A program made the position numbers and the translations under genes. A DNA stretch of 64,000 bases from Octopus sinensis (taxonomy: Eukaryota): positions 34,534,001-34,598,000 of the forward strand of contig NC_043015.1 in NCBI RefSeq assembly GCF_006345805.1. Reading direction: 5' to 3'. Below are positions 13,498 to 25,442 of this stretch, piece after piece. The notes under the pieces were generated by a model that saw only the letters and a program-made list of their open reading frames with translations, did no database searches and had not been told where the DNA came from. Positions within the stretch are counted from its first letter, which is position 1, and every line of letters begins with the position of its first letter.

Positions 13498-13982
13498 TCT
13501 AATTTTTTAGAATAGGTACACTGTGTGTTGTAGTTGGCCACTAAAATAGTTGCACCAAAAAGTGCATAATGTCATATGACATTTTTGCTTCAAAAAGTGC
13601 CTGCTAACTCATACCAGCACAAAAATTAAGACGTAAAACAAGACAATGATGATGATAATGGTAGTGGCAGTGGGGATGACGGTGGTTGTGGCAGTCTCAC
13701 TGCCATCACGAGATACAAACTCCATATACTGTCGTATTATACAGGAAAATAAAACTTAAATAAAATGAATAGAAATATGCTTCTATAATAGCAAAGAGTA
13801 CATATTTAGTGAAGGCACTGTTTATCTTTGTTTTAAGTATTACTATGATTGAAACTTCAGGAAAATGCTCTGACCTCAATCAATATAGCTTTGGTCAATA
13901 ACCTATATTTTGTTCTGTTTCATGGATTGATGCTCCTTATTTTTCAAAAGATTTTTATTTTCTATATTCTATTGTGTATATG

Positions 13983-14172
13983 TATCATCATCATCGTTTA
14001 ACGTCCGCTTTCCATGCTAGCATGGGTTGGACGATTTTGACTGAGGGCTGGTGAGCCAGATGGCTGCACCAGGCTCCAATCTTGATCTGGCAGAGTTTCT
14101 ACAGCTGGATGCCCTTCCTAACGCCAACCACTCCGAGAGTGTAGTGGGTGCTTTTTTACGTGCCACCGGCAT
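13983..14172 (-). mobile_element. RTE-type LINE 3' UTR copy
   Basis: Reads CATCATCATCGTTTAACGTCCGCTTTCCATGCTAGCATGGGTTGG on +; CpGs largely intact. Confidence 0.9.
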
Positions 14173-15086
14173 GTATATAAACACACACATTTAGTTTACA
14201 CTCATATCTCTACAACAGTAATACATACACTTTACTAATTTGTTTGATAAAATATTAAAATCTTCTCTATTATAAATATTTTATAATGTTTTATATTTTT
14301 CACCAATATCTATCTATCTTTGTTCTTTTTTTTTGCATATTTAATTAGACAATCATGTTTATCAATACTTCTAGGAATTCAATCAATAATTTTTTAGTTA
14401 AATCATAAAATGATATTTTATTGAATTGAAAATTAAATGACTAAGTGAATATTGTGATAAAATCTTTGTAGGTTAAGAGGAAAGCAAATTATTTGTAAAG
14501 TTAAATTTATTGCTGTACATTTATTTGAATTGTTCCGATTGATAAATAAAATCTTTTAGATAAAAGATTTGAATTAATTTCTCTTCAGAATGCTGCAAAA
14601 ATACAAAATCAAGTCTATTAGAAGACAAAATATGACTAAAGAAACCATTAAAATGAATTAAACTTTCTTCAAACAGTTGGAGATACGTCTTCCACCTCAA
14701 AGTGAAGTTCTATGATTTCAGAAAACCTTTAACATTAGAGTTCTTTATCTCTGGCTTTGGTAAATAAAAATCATTGTAATTTTAGTTGTGTGTGTGTGTA
14801 ACCGATATACAAAAATATTTGACTCTCAAAATGTGTAGTCTTGTTTTCATTTGATTAAGGTTTTTGGTTAATCAAATAATCTTAACATTCAGTAATCTCC
14901 TATAAAACACTTTCTCTCAAGATTAAAAGATTAGTCCCACACATCATCCCCTTCAATAGTTTTCCCTTCAGTAAACTTAGTAAAGAAACAAGCAACTCCT
15001 CAATTGCACAGTTCTATATTTAAGAGATGAGGAATTATGTACATTATTTACAATTGATGGATATTTTTCCTCATCTTGTTTGTTGT

Positions 15087-15133
15087 TAACACAACGATTC
15101 AGCTGATATACCCTCCAGCTTTCTTCAGGTGTC
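15087..15133 (-). ncRNA. Minimal type I hammerhead ribozyme motif (GAAA mutated to GAAT)
   Basis: Minus strand GACAC-CTGAAGA-A-AGCTG-loop-CAGCT-GAATCGTT-GTGTT. Confidence 0.65.
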
Positions 15134-15342
15134 TTGGGGAAATTTCAAACCTGAGTATTTTTCAATGTTATTATTATTATTATTCAGGTCACTGCCAGGA
15201 ATCAAACTCAGAATCTTTGGGTTAGTAGCCCACACTCTTAACCACTATGCCATATGCCCATGGGCATACAGTATGGCCGTGGCATAGTGGTTAAGAGTGC
15301 AGGCTACTAACTCCAAGATTCCGAGTTTGATTCCAGGCATGA

Positions 15343-15383
<41 letters not shown>

Positions 15384-15450
15384 GTAATAACAACAACAAC
15401 AACATCAAAAAATACCTTTGAAATGAGAACCCAGGTTCGAAATTTCCCAA

Positions 15451-15496
15451 GACACCTGATGAAGGCTGGAGGGTATATCAGCTGAAATGTTGTGTT
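15451..15496 (+). ncRNA. Minimal type I hammerhead ribozyme motif (CpG-decayed)
   Basis: GACAC-CTGATGA-A-GGCTG-loop-CAGCT-GAAATGTT-GTGTT: stem I GACAC/GTGTT, stem II GGCTG/CAGCT. Confidence 0.7.
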
Positions 15497-16229
15497 AGCA
15501 ACAAACAAGATGAGGACAACTATCCTTCAAATGTAAATAACGTAAATAATCCTCAGTTGTAATAATATCCATTATTAGTTAATACATCTCAGTATTTTTT
15601 TTAATTTTATTTTATCTAGTTTCAGCTCACGAGCTGTGGCCATGCTGGGGCACCGCCATTATATCTGCTTTGAATGTAATTTTCTTTTGGGTGTCTGTTT
15701 TTCTTTTGAAAATCCTTATATTCCCAGGGATGCTGAATTCTAATGACTTTTCAGTGATTTGTATTCAGTGCCATTCCGTTCAGGACTGTCATATTGAAAG
15801 GTAAATGGTTGTCATCATCATAATTAGTATTCATTTGATTATTCCAATCTCATTTAATAAACTTAACCTTTCTAGATGTATGTGCATTGTCTTTCCACAC
15901 ATTCCTTTTGCATTTATTTCCAAGGGTTTCTGTCTTCAAAATTTCATGCTTCTAGTTTTTTTATGAAATGATCCAAGACCCAGTCAAAAGAGTCTTTAAA
16001 ACCTTTAAGTCATACACGTATAATCTTATCACAATAATGTCAGCAGTTGATTTTACCAATTATACAGCATGCACTAAATTAAGGTAGAAATCTATATTTT
16101 CTTTCTTTGTGTGTTTCTTTTTCCAAATCTTTGAGTCAAAGATAACAGCCTCAATAAATTTTTCAAAATAACTTCTAATTGAAAATCAAGCTGCTTTACG
16201 AACATAAACAAACCAACACCAGTTGTCAT

Positions 16230-16490
16230 GTGCAAGTGGGAAAATAAACACAGACACAAAGATACACATACAAACATTCATGCATGCATGCACATGAACA
16301 TGCGTGCATGCATGCACGCACACATGTATGATGGGCTTCTACACAGTTTCCAGTTTCTTTCAATCAAATTCACTCACAAAGCATTGGTCAACCTGGGGCT
16401 ATTGGAGAAGACACCCAAGATGCCATGCAGTGGGATTGAACCCAGAACCACATGTTTGTGAAGCAAGTCTCTTGACAACACAACCTATGA
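16230..16490 (-). mobile_element. tRNA-derived SINE family A (old copy)
   Basis: CAGTTTCTTTCAATCAAATTCACTCACAAAGCATTGGTC...GCAGTGGGATTGAACCCAGAACCACATG is the reverse complement of family A. Confidence 0.8.
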
Positions 16491-17950
16491 ATTAGGAACT
16501 TTTTTAATGTATTTTAAAAAAGGTTGACATCCGGAATCTAATGACATGGATGAGGATTTCCATCAGCAGCAAAGACTGATAAGTTTAATTGCCAAGAATC
16601 GAGTGTTTGAGTCTTTGTCTAAGAGTGTTTGTGTGAGAAAGTGGGTGAAAGAGATGCTGCTGACTTGATTCTGTTGGTAGTGAGCTTCTGAAACAAAGTC
16701 AAAAAGGAACAGAGAGTTGCCATTTCAGATATGAAATATAGTCTTGTTCTATTTCAGAATTTTCATTTTACCTATTAACATCTCGGTTATCTATGAAATG
16801 ATAAAAAAAAAAAAGTCATTCGTTTTCCTGATTTTCTTTTATTAACTTTGTATTGCATATTTCTGATGAGCCATGATAAACATTTGTTTGAGAACAGATC
16901 TTTTCTCTTAAACTCATATTACAGGTGGTGGAATGTTTCAGGTTAGATTATATAAGTTTTAGATTATATAAGTTTTCGGGTGAATATTTAGTCTAAACTA
17001 ATTAAACATAAAATTACCATTCTCTGTCTCACTTATTTTCTTGGAAATCTCATAAGACAATTCAAAACTTTAATGTTGTTATCCATTTTTTTTTTTTCTA
17101 TTTCACTAATTTGAAATATTTTCTGGTTCCCACTGACATTTCAAGTGAGTATATTTAGTTCCAATAAACATCTCTTGTAAAATATAGCCTCTGTTTGCAT
17201 TTTCTTTGTAAACTAGTTTCTAGTATGAGATAAAGGTTTAAATGGTGTTAGAAATTTCAGCATTTTTTCTTAAAGAAATTGATTGTTGGATGTTATTTCT
17301 GTTGTTTACAAAACTAGTAAGAATATATTTGTTCAATATGGTTACAACAAAACTGTTTGTAGATGAAATTTGTGAAACTAACCATTTCCAAAGTTTGCTA
17401 TTTGGATATTTTCATTGTCCCTATTGATTTTTGCTATTTCTTCAACTATTCTTTTCTAATTCACAGAGTTTTTCTGGCTAATATGAAAAAAAAATATCTT
17501 CTCCTTATTGAGATCAAATCTAGAACTGAAAATCAGACACATCTCTTGTAACATATCCAATGTGGCCAGGGCCAGCCCTAGGGTAAGCTGACACCCTGGG
17601 TAAATCAAATTTTAAATGCCCTGCCTCCACAGGGTGGGGAGATGGCAACTAGCTGGAGATTTCCTCAAGAAAGTTTTTAAAAATATGAATAAACATGGGA
17701 GCAATTTGAAGTCAATTGTAAAGGAAAATTTTAAAATTCATTTCTTAAAAATTGATGAAAACTATATAATAACTAATAAACAGGATATATTGAAAATTTA
17801 TATTTTACTAATTGGATGCAAGCAAGTATGGTAAACAGACAGTAGTTCACCAAAAAGCCCTCATTTGTATGATTTGATTTGACTCAAAGGTGTTGCTATT
17901 TTATTACCTGATACATCCAGTATTGCAAAATAAAAATTTATTTTGTAAGC

Positions 17951-18150
17951 GTAGGAGTGGCTGTGTGTATAGGCACAGGAGTGGCTGTGTGATAAGTAGC
18001 TTGCTTACCAACCACATGGTTCCAGGTTAAGTCCCACTACGTGGTACCTTGGGCAAGTGTCTTCTACTATAGTCTCAGGCCAACCAAAGCCTTGTGAGTG
18101 GATTTGGTAGACGGAAACTGAAAGAAGCCCGTCGTATATATGTGTATATA
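17951..18150 (+). mobile_element. tRNA-derived SINE family A, 5' part, with duplicated first ~17 nt
   Basis: GGAGTGGCTGTGTG twice, then GTAGCTTGCTTACCAACCACATGGTTCC...GGAAACTGAAAGAAGCCCGTCG. Confidence 0.9.
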
Positions 18151-18310
18151 TACAGGTGTGACCAAAATGTTCAGAACGGCATTGTTTTCGTCAGAAAAGT
18201 AGGTATAAGCTTTTATCAAAGTTGTTTTATATTCTATAATTTTCACAGACAATAAATACAATATTAATTGGTATTGTCTGAGATTTTGATGTAATTTGAG
18301 TGGATAATAC
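18151..18310 (+). mobile_element. Possible Tc1/mariner terminal fragment
   Basis: Begins TACAGGTGTGACCAAAATG after a (TA) tract; no coding remnant seen. Confidence 0.35.
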
Positions 18311-19706
18311 AAAAGTTATGGATGATATAGTGATTTACTGCAAACCCCATGGTGGCCAAAATGATCGATATCAATTTCTGGTATGGATGTAGCAATGGAG
18401 AATTGCTTGTTTTCATTTGCAAATTCTCTCACTTTATCTTTGGATGTTTTCATTTCGAGTTTTAATTTACTATTTGCAAACATCTACAATAACTTACTGA
18501 AAGAAGTAACAACCTTGGGAGAAGCCTTTATGGTAAAAAATAAAAAAAAGAAATTGTAAATATTTTCAGAGGGAAAGGAGTACAATTTAAGGGATATTTG
18601 GCTGTTGTTTCTAGCACATTCCAAGCCACTCTCCATTTTCATGAGTGCATGTATTTATTGAAAAGTATCAATACATTACAGAGATGTACTTGCATAGCAA
18701 GTGACTTGATCTGAGATTGTGTGCTGAAACAAAAACAATTGCAGCATGGAAGATATTTGTAGGAAAAAAAAAATAAATAAACTGAATACCCTATTATTCT
18801 TCTGGAATGAAATCAGTCACACATGCCAAGTATGGAAGTAATTCACGCAGCCATTTTGGCATGAAAAACGAATATACACACACACACACACACACACAGC
18901 TCTGTTTTATTATAGAGATTAGAAAAACAGTTTAAGTCAAGTTCAATATAATTGAGTACAGTACTCAGATAAACTTGACAGGTCTTTCAATTTGAATGGT
19001 TTCTTGAAGTAAAAATTATATAAGAATTTGATATAAATATTTATTAAATAAAGGTGGTGTTCCAGCATGGCCACAGTCAAATGACTGAAACAAAAGAATA
19101 AAAGAATTATCATTCATATGGTTAATATTAAGTGAAAAAGGAGCTAAAAATCTCAATGGAAAAAAACTTCTCTTTAAAAACTTCCCTGGCTCTTCCCATC
19201 ATTTAATTCATAAAAAACAAAAATTACCCCAAAAAATACTGCCATATACTCATACTTAAACCCTGATATAAAAATTTTGCAGATGTGTAACTGTTGCTGA
19301 TTTTTATATTTTTGCCGAGACAGTTGCACATTACTAATCTGTATATCATACAGGGGTCATATACAGTCAACTCACCAGCAAACCAACTCGCCATTATACA
19401 ATTTATTGCAACTGTTAAGTATATTACATATTCTTTTGAATATTTTAACAATGATTGTAAAAATATACACACATATACACATATGTTAAATTTTGAAATT
19501 CAGTTGTTTTCTGGTGGGGGGCCTCAAATTAAACTGGGCAGTAATTTTCAAATGACCAGGCTGTGCTGCAGGCCAAAGCCTTAGAGGGAAAAAGGTTGTT
19601 TCAGAAATGTAAAAGTAACTGAAACCTTTATCAAACTTTACTTATTAATTGCTGATGATTTGATAAGTGAATTTTTTATTATACTAACAAAATTATCACT
19701 TTATTA

Positions 19707-19892
19707 GGTGCAGGAGTAGCTGTGTGGGTAAGTAGCTTGTTTACCAACCACATGCTTCCAGGTTCAGTGTCCCACTGCGTGGAAACTTGGGCAAGTGTCT
19801 ACTACAATAGCCTAGGGTCTACTACAAAGCCTTCTGAGTGGATTTGGTTGCTGGAAGCTGAAACAAGCCTGTCATATATATATATATATATA
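19707..19892 (+). mobile_element. tRNA-derived SINE family A, 5' part
   Basis: Same head and body as the 17951 copy. Confidence 0.85.
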
Positions 19893-21299
19893 TAAGTTCA
19901 GTAAAAATTAAGATTTAAAAAAAATCAAAAGGGGGAGGTGTTGTGTGGACGCCCCCAGATGCTGAAGTAGGTTAGCCCAATATGTAGATATAGTGGGAGA
20001 AGCCTAGACATCAGAGTTCAGACTAGAGTAGAGAGCAGAGTTGAGTAGAAGGCATCTGAACGTGCGACATTACAACTTATTTTATGGCAATATTCCTGAT
20101 GCAAACTGAAAGTAATATCTGAAACCTTCTAGAATTCTGAGTCAAAGAGCAAATAGTTGATTTTATTCTTCTCAAAAGCAATTAAGAGGTTACTTTTGTC
20201 AGTGGTGGTGGCAGCATTGCCATCATCATCATTATGGTAACAAAAATAATAAACAGTGGTTCTATATCTGTGGCCATTTATCCCCTCCCTCTTATTTTTC
20301 CTGTTACAAAAGATCAAAGAGAATATTTGTTAAAGAAATCTGGAAATTCAGTATCCAGGGTCACCAAAGGCCATAGGAAAAAATTTGCTTTAAATGTAAA
20401 GATAAGAGTAGGCATTCTGCTATTTTCAGTAAAATATCAGTGTTATCTGTCCTGCTAATTGATTTATTTAATTCACAACAATCAGATTAATTAGCAAGGA
20501 AAACTTAACTTTTGTAGAAATCTGGCAAGTCTATCAATTATTGATTTATTTCTCATTTCCCTGCTGTGTTTTCTTAATGAATACTTTTGTTTATATTTTC
20601 TTAGATTAACGTTTGACTTAAGGTATTAACAGGAATTCCATTCAGAAAGTGCCATAGTTACACAAACTAACTCTTGCGTTTGTGAATGCTTTTAAGCATC
20701 TACTCCATCAATGATTTGTTATATTTATCTTGCCATTCCTCTCAGTTATTTCCTGATATCAGCAGATCATCATCATCATCGTCATCATCATCGATATCCC
20801 ACTACAATCACCATCATCATCATCATTGCTATGGTTGGTATCAACACTGGTTTCCATGCTTACTCAGATCAAGTTGGTGTTGATTTAATGGTTACAACTT
20901 GATAACAACAAAGTAAGTATTTCCCTTTCATCGCACTCGAAGTAGCTGATTGTTGCTGTCTCTCTAAAACATTTATCAATACCATTCCTCTGTAACCATC
21001 TTCCAGAATCAGTCTAATTCTTTAATAAACTCAACCAAATAGTTTGTTTCTAGATTTTGTCTTGAATCAGATATTATTTTCTTCTTTCAACATTAATTAT
21101 TATGAAGTCTTCCATTTGCTTCTTTTTAATTAACAAACTCATTACCAACAAACCTTCAAAGAACTTTTATCACTTTACATACTTTGCTAGTTACACACAC
21201 ACACAAGTATACAAGCGCACATTCATGTACCATTATCATTATCATCACATGAGTCAGCCATGTTGCCATAGACTGACTCAGTTCTTATTCAAAGGTACT

Positions 21300-21500
21300 G
21301 CCTTCCCTAGTCAGGTAAAAAGGCCAAGACCACATCTTGTTCCCAAGTTCCATATTTGGCATGTTTTCTTCTATGACTGGTTTCCTTCCTCCTGCCAACT
21401 GCTTTACATAATGTCCTGGATACATTTTATCATGGCACCAACTTTGCATCCAGCAAATTTAAATCTCTCTGTTGTTGTCTTGCCGACATTTGGTTGATCC
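21300..21500 (-). mobile_element. Highly decayed LINE 3' ORF remnant
   Basis: Minus strand ERFKFAGC resembles the R.RFAGH C-terminal LINE motif. Confidence 0.35.
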
Positions 21501-21702
21501 CCATTAACAGAGAACTGTCTCCTCCTCCTCCTTAGCAGGTGAGGGAGAAATTAGTGAGAGTGAGAGGGTGATACAGGAGAGGATAAAGGAAGAATGAGAG
21601 AGAGAAAGACACTTGTTGATAAGGAAAATGAATAGAGACAGTATAAGCAACAAGATGGGGGAGAAGAAGAGCAAGTGGTGTGTGTGTGTGTGTGTTTATA
21701 TT

Positions 21703-21835
21703 GGTGTTAGGAAGGGCATCCAGCTGTAGAAACAGACATGGAGCTTGAACAGTCCTTCACCTGGTCAGCTTCTGTCAAACCATCCAACCCATGCTAGCAT
21801 GGAAAATGGACATCAAATTATGATGATGATGATAT
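21703..21835 (+). mobile_element. RTE-type LINE 3' UTR copy
   Basis: GGAAGGGCATCCAGCTGTAGAAAC...CCCATGCTAGCATGGAAAATGGAC + (GAT)n. Confidence 0.85.
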
Positions 21836-22319
21836 ATATATATGTACATGTGTGTATGGAGGTATTTGCTTTTTTCACATGATATGTGTGCGTGTGGGTG
21901 GGTGTGTAATATAATTTAAAAGTGTACTGGAAGGCAACACACATTAGTGAAATATTTGGACTCAATAAACAGTTCTACATACCTACACTCCAAGTAGTTT
22001 GACAATAACCATTATATTTCTGAATAGGTAATATATAAAGTGGAAGTCTGGCCATGTTGGTTGTAAGAGAATGAACTCTACGAAAAAGATCCGTGGAGCG
22101 AGATGGTGATGTTAAACCAAGCAATGGGTTGAGTCTACTATACAATGTAGGCCATGCAGGGATTTGAACTCATTGAATTAAGGACTTGCTTATGAGAATG
22201 AAGCTTGTTACTGTTCCTAAATGTGGAAAAGATATTTTATTGATGGAACAGGTCAATAACAAATAAAGAATACCATTTCTCAATGGATGAGAAGTGAAAT
22301 GAAAATAACGAGGAAGAAA

Positions 22320-22900
22320 TTGAGTGGCTGTGTGGCAAGTAACTTGCTTACCAACCACATGGTTCTGGGTTCAGTCCCACTGCGTGGCACCTTGGGCAAG
22401 TGTCTTCTACTATAGCCTCGGGCCGACCAAAGCCTTGTGAGAGGATTTGGTAGATGGAAACTGAAAGAAGCTCGTCGTATATATGTATATCACACATTTT
22501 TTTCTCTCCTTGTTTTTTCTGTGTCCCTTTCTGTAGAAGGGTGTAGGCTCGAAATGTAAAAGACTTTTTCTATTCCTGAGCGTTATACTAATACACCTGT
22601 TTTTGTACACCACCAGTCTTCATCTTTTGTTGTTTTTTTTTGTAAAACTCTCCCTATATGTGTGTGTGTGTTTGTGTGTCTGTGTTTGTCCCCCACTCCC
22701 CAACATCACTTGACAACCAATGCTGGTGTGTTTACGTCCCCGTAACTTAGCAGTTTCACGAAAGAGACCAATAGAATAAGTACTAGGCTTACAAAGAATA
22801 AGTCCTGGAGTCAATTTGCTTGACTAAAAAGGCAGTGCTCCAGCATGGCTGCAGTCAAATGACTGAAACAAGTAAAAGAATAAAAGAAAGAAAAGAATTA
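22320..22900 (+). mobile_element. tRNA-derived SINE family A with a nested Penelope-like tail (~22494-22655)
   Basis: SINE head 22320-22490 and 3' half 22660-22900 flank an insert absent from the copies at 42702 and 47254. Confidence 0.85.
22527..22562 (+). ncRNA. Variant minimal hammerhead motif (core CTGTAGA)
   Basis: CTTT-CTGTAGA-A-GGGT-GTAG-GCTC-GAAATGTA-AAAG; stems I and II pair fully (with wobbles in stem II). Confidence 0.55.
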
Positions 22901-24039
22901 CCAATAAGCACTTAACAGAAAACAGCAAATGAGAAACCGAAAATTAAGATATTGGATCGTTAAAGGATTCCTGAGAAGATACCAAAGTGTAAAGGACTTT
23001 GACTGAGTATTGTTAATGGGATGAGTAACTCAATGATATCAGCTACAATCCATTGTTCAATCCAAAGACTTTTATGCTGCATTTTGACAAATTCTTTACT
23101 ATTATTGAATGCAAGGATCTTATATTCAATATAGGTACAAGAATAGCTTTAGATGGATACTTTTACTACTGTGTAGCTATAATATTCCTCTATACAAACA
23201 CAAGTTTATTACCACATTATACACACCCTGTCGTACCGTTGTTGGATGGAGGTACATGCATCCTTTTAGCTGTCTAATGTAGTCAGGATTTCCAATGATG
23301 CAGGTAGGAGGGAGAGGGAACCTGCTTGATACCTCATAACATTCCCTCTACAACACTAATTCATTCCTGTTTTGGAATTTCTGCATCATGTCTTCTCATT
23401 CTTTACTTGTTGCAGATTGAAAATTCTTATTGTTTTGTTCTTTTTCTGTCATTTTTGCTTTGTTGATGTTGGTGCTGTTGCTGTGGCAGTAGTAGTAACA
23501 GCAGCAGTAACTAGTAGTAGTAGTAGTAACAGCAGCAGCAGTTATTTCATCTGCCTATACCATCTCAAGCTGTCCATATATTAGCTGTTATGATTACATA
23601 TCTTCCTCCTAACACAATCCGGTTTGCAATAATACTTTGCAGCAAAGATACTTGACAATTTTTTTTTTTTCTTTTTACCAACTTCCAGAAAATTTAATAA
23701 AATAACAATGAAGAAGGAGTTATTCCTAGTTCACTTCATTAGAGAATGTTTTTTCATTTTTTTGTAATACTTCAACCTCTGGAGAGACAAAAAGTGATTA
23801 AATTAACACTCGTTGACTTTGGCTCTTTTTTACTTGCTTCATTGCTGTAATTCTTATCAAATAACTCACGCATAGTTTTTAGGATATAAAGAAAATGCTA
23901 TATAAATAAAAGAAACTCAATATGGAACCTCCAAAGTTTGATTTTTCCACAGATAATGGTAATTCCTATTTACTGTAGAAAGAGAAAGAGTTATATTCTT
24001 TGTTTTTAGTCAGTCAATATATTCTTTTGGCATTCTTTG

Positions 24040-24065
24040 AATATATATATACATATATATATGTA

Positions 24066-24140
<75 letters not shown>

Positions 24141-24187
24141 ATATATACATATATATCTATTTGTATATATATATATATATATATATT
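24040..24187. repeat. Long imperfect (TA)n microsatellite
   Basis: Direct reading. Confidence 0.95.
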
Positions 24188-24410
24188 GATAGGAATGGTT
24201 AGACAACAAAAGAATGAAAGAGACCTTGATATTATGTAAATAGAGGAATTTATCTGTAAATATAATATGTGAAAATTATTTGGTAGCCGTGATAAAACTC
24301 CGAGTTTCAGATTTCGGGGCGGAAACCCAGGCCAGCATCTCTTCAGTTATCTGGCCATCGAAAAAAATGCTATGAAAATGATCGTTAAACAATGGGAAAT
24401 TACTGTGTGA
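24188..24410 (-). mobile_element. Young Penelope-like tail abutting (TA)n, containing a hammerhead motif at 24291-24351
   Basis: CpG-rich block; minus strand GATAA-CTGAAGA-GAT..ATC-T-GAA-ACTC-G-GAGT-T-TTATC. Penelope assignment is inferred from the HHR architecture. Confidence 0.65.
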
Positions 24411-24964
24411 TTATTGTGCGCACGTGTGGATGTGTGCATGTGTGCAGGTACATGCATATATAAACGTGTGTGTGTGTGCATGCATGCAAGTATGTGTGTA
24501 TATGGACGTGTATATAGACAAAAGAGTTATTAGAATGACTGCTAAGCAAGGGGAGGGAGTAAAGTTAAGGGAGTAAAAATGTTCATAGCAATCACGTAAG
24601 TGCGTGTGTCCATACATAACTGCATACATGCTTGCACACACACACACGCACACAAAAAAGGTTCATACATACGTCAATATATGCACATGCACAAGAAAAA
24701 ACAGGGCTAAAGGCAAAATATAGAAAAATGTGTAAAAACGTGTAAAAAATAAGCAATAAGAATAAAAAGTAAAGGTATAAATATGCTCGTGGCGAACACG
24801 CAGGAGCGCATGTCCATACATACACATGCGCCACGTATGCACACCCACATGCATGTGCCTATGTGCATATACTCGTCCACACTCGCTTGAAAAATACACA
24901 AGCACCCCCCACACAGACACACACATTCGCCAAAAATTAATTTATGCGTACTGCACGCACACAT

Positions 24965-25442
24965 GCTCACAGAAAAGGTTTGTGGAACATTACCTGGAAA
25001 GTGGTCTACAGCCACCCTCGTAAGCTACAGTGAATTGCTGACCAACGAACTGCAACCAGCAATTCACCCCAAATGCTGCGGTCTATTGTCAAAGCAAGTG
25101 TTATTGTTGTATGAAAATGCAAACCCACCTAAAGCCACCCACATCAATGAAACCATTGAAAAATTTGGTTTAGATTTGCTGAAACATCTTGCAAACAGTC
25201 GAGATCTCCATCTTCTGTCTGTCACCTCTCTAGACTGCTCAAACACCTTTATGAAATCATCAATTTTCTACAGACACAGATGTGCATAAATGGCTGTGCA
25301 ATCAGTTGAAAACCTTCGTTTCTGGCGAAATAAGCAAGCCTGTTGAGACTATGTCCAAAAATGATAGAATTCTTCAATTCCTACATTTGTTCTAATAAAT
25401 TACAGAAACAAAACTGCATATAACTTGTGACTTACCTTTGTA
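24965..25442 (+). mobile_element. Mariner 3' fragment (irritans-like)
   Basis: YSELLTNELQPAI..KCCGLLSKQVLLLYENA, ETIEKFGLDLLKH, DVHKWL; ends TGACTTACCTTTG-TA, inverse-similar to TACGAGGGGAAGTCA at 39202. Confidence 0.85.

Larger units (their letters stand above)
15009..15555. mobile_element. Head-to-head palindromic dimer of a tRNA-headed, hammerhead-containing non-autonomous retroelement
   Basis: Arms 15009-15252 (minus) and 15280-15555 (plus) are diverged inverted copies; spacer contains the perfect palindrome TATGCCCATGGGCATA (15253-15268); each arm has A box TGGCATAGTGG, B box GAGTTTGATTCC, (AAT)n and an HHR motif. Confidence 0.85.

Noticed and set aside
15280-15345. tRNA gene (also 52796-52870 and SINE A heads)
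   Set aside because: A/B boxes are present but there is no clear acceptor stem, and the sequence runs into repeat bodies; these are SINE heads.
16862-16895. CTGATGAG as a hammerhead (also 4226, 60808, and minus ~59495)
   Set aside because: No properly placed GAAA, or stems I/III cannot form.
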